From assembly GCA_964438485.1 (NCBI GenBank), contig CAYTLM010000002.1, forward strand, positions 1 through 32,749: a stretch of 32,749 nucleotides of DNA. Reading direction: 5' to 3'. Below are positions 28,891 through 32,749 of this stretch, piece by piece. Position numbers and translations under genes: made by a program. The notes below the pieces were generated by a model. It did no database searches, was not told where the DNA came from, and saw only the letters and a program-made list of their open reading frames with translations. Source of the stretch: an uncultured Leptospirales bacterium. GTDB taxonomy: Bacteria > Spirochaetota > UBA4802 > UBA5550. Each line of letters starts with the position of its first letter. The first letter of the stretch is position 1.

Positions 28891-30471
28891 CTAAACGCCT
28901 TCAACCATAGAAACAACTGAAGGCCTTAGCCCCTCTTTTTTCATATATTCCAGTTTATTCAATGCATCAACAAATGAAAAAATCCCTGCAACTGATATAT
29001 CAATACTCATACCATTACCAAACACCTTAACCGGGTTGCCGTCAACAATTTCTTCAACTGTTACAGAAACCTCACATAAAGCATCAGAGCCTCCTGTAAT
29101 TGCAACCAGGTTAAATGCCTTGATATATGCCTTTGTGCCTGTTATCTTCTTAACAGCATTAACACCTGCATCAACTCCGCCATTACCATGTGCAACCTCA
29201 AAAAGACCCTCTTTTGATTCATAGGAATCCTTCAGTGTAACCATTGTCATTGGTGCAGAAAACAGCCCTGTGGAAATCTGCACATTCTCAACAGAGTATC
29301 TCCACTTTTGATCCTTTCTGTGAAGCACCTCTCCTATTATTGCTACAAGATCCTCTTCAAATATCTCCTTTTTTCGATCAGCTATGCATTTAAATCTTGA
29401 GAAAAAGGCATCAAGCTGATCCTGAGATAGTTCATATCCAAGTTCAGCAAGCCTGGACATAACAGCATGCCTGCCTGAATGCTTTCCAAGCACCAGCTTT
29501 GATTTGCTTATGCCTATATCCTCAGGCTTCATTATTTCATAGGTCATTGAATTTTTAAGCACACCATCCTGATGTATTCCTGATTCATGGGCAAAGGCAT
29601 TATCCCCTACTATAGCCTTATTGGGCTGCACTGAAACCCCTGTGATATTTGTAAGAAGCTTGCTGGCCTGCATAATCTGTTTAGTGTTTATATCAGTATA
29701 TAGATTAAAAATATCACTTCTTGTTCTCACAGCCATAACCAGCTCTTCCATTGCTGTATTACCTGCCCTTTCTCCAATTCCATTTACTGTACACTCTACC
29801 TGCCTGGCCCCTGCCTCTATTGCTGCAATTGAGTTTGCAACAGCAAGTCCAAGGTCATTATGACAGTGAACAGAGATAATTGCCTTATTAATATTCTTTA
29901 CATTATCAAAAAGATATTTGATTAGATTATGAAACTCCGTTGGTACTGTATAGCCAACAGTGTCAGGAATATTAACAACAGAAGCACCAGCCTCAATCAC
30001 AGCCTCCACCATTGAAGCAAGATAAACCCTGTCACTCCTTGTAGCATCCATTGGTGAAAACTCAACACTCTTTACAAGCTTTGAAGCATAGGCAACTGCA
30101 TCAACTGCCTGTCTTAACACCTCATCTCTGGTTTTTTTAAGCTGATATTCAATATGGATGTCAGAGCTGGAAATAAAGGTATGTATTCTTGGAGATACGG
30201 CTTTTTCCAGAGCCCTTGCAGCAGCATCAATATCCTTTTCATTTGCCCTTGCAAGACCTGCAATCTGGGTCTTTTTAAGTTTTTGTGACACCATCTGCAC
30301 TGCTTCAAAATCACCATCAGATATGACAGGAAAACCTGCTTCTATTATATCAACCCCTAGTTTTTCCAGCTGATCTGCATAAATAAGCTTTTCCTCTATG
30401 TTCATGCTAAAACCAGGGGATTGTTCACCATCTCTTAATGTTGTATCAAAAATATAAATTTTATCCTTCAT
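28891..30471 (-). CDS. leuA: 2-isopropylmalate synthase (long form with C-terminal regulatory domain)
   Basis: IFDTTLRDGEQSPG and HCHNDLGLAVANS motifs. Start set to the ATG with GGAG upstream (MKDKIYIFDTT). Confidence 0.9.
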   Translation of the reverse strand: MKDKIYIFDTTLRDGEQSPGFSMNIEEKLIYADQLEKLGVDIIEAGFPVISDGDFEAVQMVSQKLKKTQIAGLARANEKDIDAAARALEKAVSPRIHTFISSSDIHIEYQLKKTRDEVLRQAVDAVAYASKLVKSVEFSPMDATRSDRVYLASMVEAVIEAGASVVNIPDTVGYTVPTEFHNLIKYLFDNVKNINKAIISVHCHNDLGLAVANSIAAIEAGARQVECTVNGIGERAGNTAMEELVMAVRTRSDIFNLYTDINTKQIMQASKLLTNITGVSVQPNKAIVGDNAFAHESGIHQDGVLKNSMTYEIMKPEDIGISKSKLVLGKHSGRHAVMSRLAELGYELSQDQLDAFFSRFKCIADRKKEIFEEDLVAIIGEVLHRKDQKWRYSVENVQISTGLFSAPMTMVTLKDSYESKEGLFEVAHGNGGVDAGVNAVKKITGTKAYIKAFNLVAITGGSDALCEVSVTVEEIVDGNPVKVFGNGMSIDISVAGIFSFVDALNKLEYMKKEGLRPSVVSMVEGV

Positions 30472-30614
30472 ATAAGTATTCTCCATTTAAATTAAATTAA
30501 AATAAAATTATAATTAACCTGTACTGTACAGGTCCTTAAATGATTACAATTGTTTAAAAGTAAGACTATACGGGAAAAACATTCCCTGCACCTCCAGATT
30601 TGCAGTTTTAATCC

Positions 30615-30648
30615 AAAAAAAAGACCGTTACTCTGTTTCGTAACGGCC
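30615..30648 (-). terminator. Intrinsic terminator/attenuator between the leader ORF and leuA; also ends the decarboxylase transcript
   Basis: Minus strand: GGCCGUUAC-GAAACAGA-GUAACGGUC (9-bp stem with one G-U) followed by U8. Confidence 0.7.
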
Positions 30649-30676
30649 TTTTTTTAATCAACTATGTAAAAAGACA

Positions 30677-30751
30677 TCACAAAACAGTACCAGCTCCAGG
30701 CAGGTTAAGGAGAAGAACGAGAAGCAGAATATTATTTGTTTGTGATATCAT
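30677..30751 (-). CDS. Candidate leucine leader peptide MISQTNNILLLVLLLNLPGAGTVL (24 aa)
   Basis: AAGGA RBS lies 8 nt upstream of the ATG. Seven Leu occur in a 9-codon window. The stop is about 30 nt before the terminator hairpin and about 200 nt upstream of leuA. Confidence 0.55.
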   Translation of the reverse strand: MISQTNNILLLVLLLNLPGAGTVL

Positions 30752-30813
30752 AGTTATATTCCTTATAATAAATACTTTACTAAAAAAATATGTATCTTTG
30801 TCAATTTAAAAAA

Positions 30814-32556
30814 CTATAATTTTTCAAATCTTGATAAAAAATATCGATTAAAAATTTTCATGCCAAGCTGATTCTGTCGATCTATAATTTCTTTTAAAAT
30901 TTCAGGTGTGGTAAGTGGATTAATAGTTATTGCCCTTAACACTACACAGTCCTGATAATAATAAAAAGGCATATCAAAAGTTGTCCTGGAAACAAAGCTT
31001 TCATCCTCATCTCTTATTGCCTTATGCAGTTCTATGTTCAGCTCATTAAGGGCATGATTAAATTTTTCAACCCTTGAGAGATATTTTATTTTTTTTAATT
31101 TATGCTCATCTATTTCTGAATTGGTATTGGCTATTTTAAGCATAAGAGCTGCAATTTTTTCTTTTATCTGCCTGGGAACAAACCTGTAATTAAAAATAAA
31201 AAGTTCAGGCTGGTTCATTGCTTCAAAATTAGGGTGTACATCAACAAGGCCTCTTAAAACAGATGTAAGCTTAAAAGCGTGATCAAAGATCAGCTTAAAT
31301 CCCTGACGTCCAAAAATTTTTATGGTTGCCCAGGGTTTTAATGATGCAAATGGACGCGATCCCTCAACAGAAAACCTTCCCAGATCTATTGAATCCGGGC
31401 GTATAATATAATTGGAATTGTGCATTAAAGCTTTTGATTCTGTGCCATTTCGGAAAAAGACCATGCCAAGAGAAGGAGGCGCATAAAGAAGTTTATGCGC
31501 ATCAACAGTTACTGTATCAGCCCTTTCTATGCCTGAGAAAAGATGACGGTATTCATCTGCAAGCAGCACAGAACCTCCCCATGCTGCATCAACATGAAAA
31601 TGAGTTTTATACTTTGTAGCAATACGCCGTATAGCTTTAAGATTATCAATATTTCCTGTTTCTGTTGTTCCTGCTATTCCTACCAGTGAAATTATTTTTG
31701 TCTTAGGTCCGCCTTTCTGATTCTGTTCTTCAATTTCTTTACAGGCCTTTTCCAGTTTAATAATATCAATTTTATTTTTTTCATCAACCGGAATTTTTAA
31801 TATGCTTCTATTTCCTATTCCTATTAGCCTGCCTATCTTATCAATAGAGTAGTGGCCCCGCTTTGATACAAAAATCACTGCCCTGTTAACACCATAGTGC
31901 TGAAATGCATCATAAACCCCGGCTTCTCTGATTCCAGGGAACCTCCCATCAGGAGGGAAAGCCAAATTCCTTGCAGCTAAAAGGGCTGTGAAATTAGCCA
32001 TTGTACCATCAAGGGTAATATTCCCCAGAACAACGTCCTGATTTTGTATATTTTCTTTATAAAAATCTTTAGAGCGCTTAAACACTACCCTGTGCATCCA
32101 GGCCAGAAGTTCTTTTTCGAGAAAAGTTGAAGCCTTTGCAGATTCAATCTTCACCTGATTTTGATTAAGAGCAGTAATTATCATTTCAAGAAGAATAACA
32201 AAATAGGGCACAGCACTTGTCATATGACCTATATAATAGGGATTTCCTACCTTTACTGAATGGGCAATAACTTTGGTTTTTATTTCATACAATACGTTTT
32301 TCAGCAAATCAGGCTCTACTGGCACATCTATATCGGAAAAAATTTTTGCCAAATCAGATAGAAGAATAGAACTATGAATTCCCCCTTTTTCAGAAAAGAA
32401 CCTGTGTATCATGTCAAGGAGTTCATTTCCAAACTCATGAAATTTATCAGGAGAATCGGGCATAATAAAAAGTTTTTTTATTTGCTCCATATCAAGGGGA
32501 ATAGTGCTGCCAGGCTTATTATGTATCAAAGATGTATTCATTCTCTTTAACTGCAA
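30814..32556 (-). CDS. Group II pyridoxal-phosphate-dependent decarboxylase family protein (580 aa, substrate unknown)
   Basis: HFHVDAAWGG and the PLP-lysine motif VDAHKLLYAP. TTG start with AAGGA upstream; ATG at 32541 is the alternative. Confidence 0.8.
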   Translation of the reverse strand: MQLKRMNTSLIHNKPGSTIPLDMEQIKKLFIMPDSPDKFHEFGNELLDMIHRFFSEKGGIHSSILLSDLAKIFSDIDVPVEPDLLKNVLYEIKTKVIAHSVKVGNPYYIGHMTSAVPYFVILLEMIITALNQNQVKIESAKASTFLEKELLAWMHRVVFKRSKDFYKENIQNQDVVLGNITLDGTMANFTALLAARNLAFPPDGRFPGIREAGVYDAFQHYGVNRAVIFVSKRGHYSIDKIGRLIGIGNRSILKIPVDEKNKIDIIKLEKACKEIEEQNQKGGPKTKIISLVGIAGTTETGNIDNLKAIRRIATKYKTHFHVDAAWGGSVLLADEYRHLFSGIERADTVTVDAHKLLYAPPSLGMVFFRNGTESKALMHNSNYIIRPDSIDLGRFSVEGSRPFASLKPWATIKIFGRQGFKLIFDHAFKLTSVLRGLVDVHPNFEAMNQPELFIFNYRFVPRQIKEKIAALMLKIANTNSEIDEHKLKKIKYLSRVEKFNHALNELNIELHKAIRDEDESFVSRTTFDMPFYYYQDCVVLRAITINPLTTPEILKEIIDRQNQLGMKIFNRYFLSRFEKL

Positions 32557-32749
32557 TATATTTCCTTAACCTTTTCTTGTTATTAATCTAAATCCCTATG
32601 ATTAAGTTCATTTGAACTAAACAAGGTTAATAATTTATTATTATAAAAAAAATTAAGGAATAATTTTTTCAACCTCTTTATAAAAATAAACAAACCATTT
32701 CAATAGGTCATTTTATTATTTCAAGGGTTTTTTATAAAATCAGACTTAA

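Overview
Visibly AT-rich chromosomal window from a diderm-type bacterium (lnt and a lipase/foldase pair are present). Gene content is mostly core housekeeping. Order, left to right: (1) A ~1.5 kb accessory, non-coding patch (1-1570). It holds GC-rich mosaic repeats, an antitoxin-sized ORF followed by a truncated PIN (VapC-like) toxin remnant, and a compact multi-hairpin element whose minus strand shows three ACAGGAUGU (CsrB/Rsm-type GGA) hairpins with covarying stems. (2) Patatin-like phospholipase, glycerophosphodiesterase, ubiE/menG-type methyltransferase, VanY-like M15 peptidase, zinc-ribbon/DUF2231 membrane protein and a MATE exporter. (3) A yggS-proC-LysM/M23 peptidase-lnt cluster, in which the lnt 5' end is out of frame at a T10 tract. 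(4) A secreted lipase with its foldase. (5) A translationally coupled pair: a very acidic protein and a GAF/degenerate-GGDEF protein. (6) A complete F1Fo ATP synthase operon (atpZ-like gene, then atpBEFHAGDC). (7) A HicB-like ORF, folE2, map and recA. (8) leuA, preceded by a Leu-rich leader peptide plus terminator (classical attenuator layout). (9) A large group II PLP-dependent decarboxylase. I did not recognise any rRNA, tRNA, CRISPR array or intact transposase. The items most worth a second look are the candidate CsrA-sponge-like sRNA, the mosaic repeat family that replaced the toxin body, the leuA attenuator, the lnt homopolymer frameshift, and the acidic/GAF-GGDEF gene pair.
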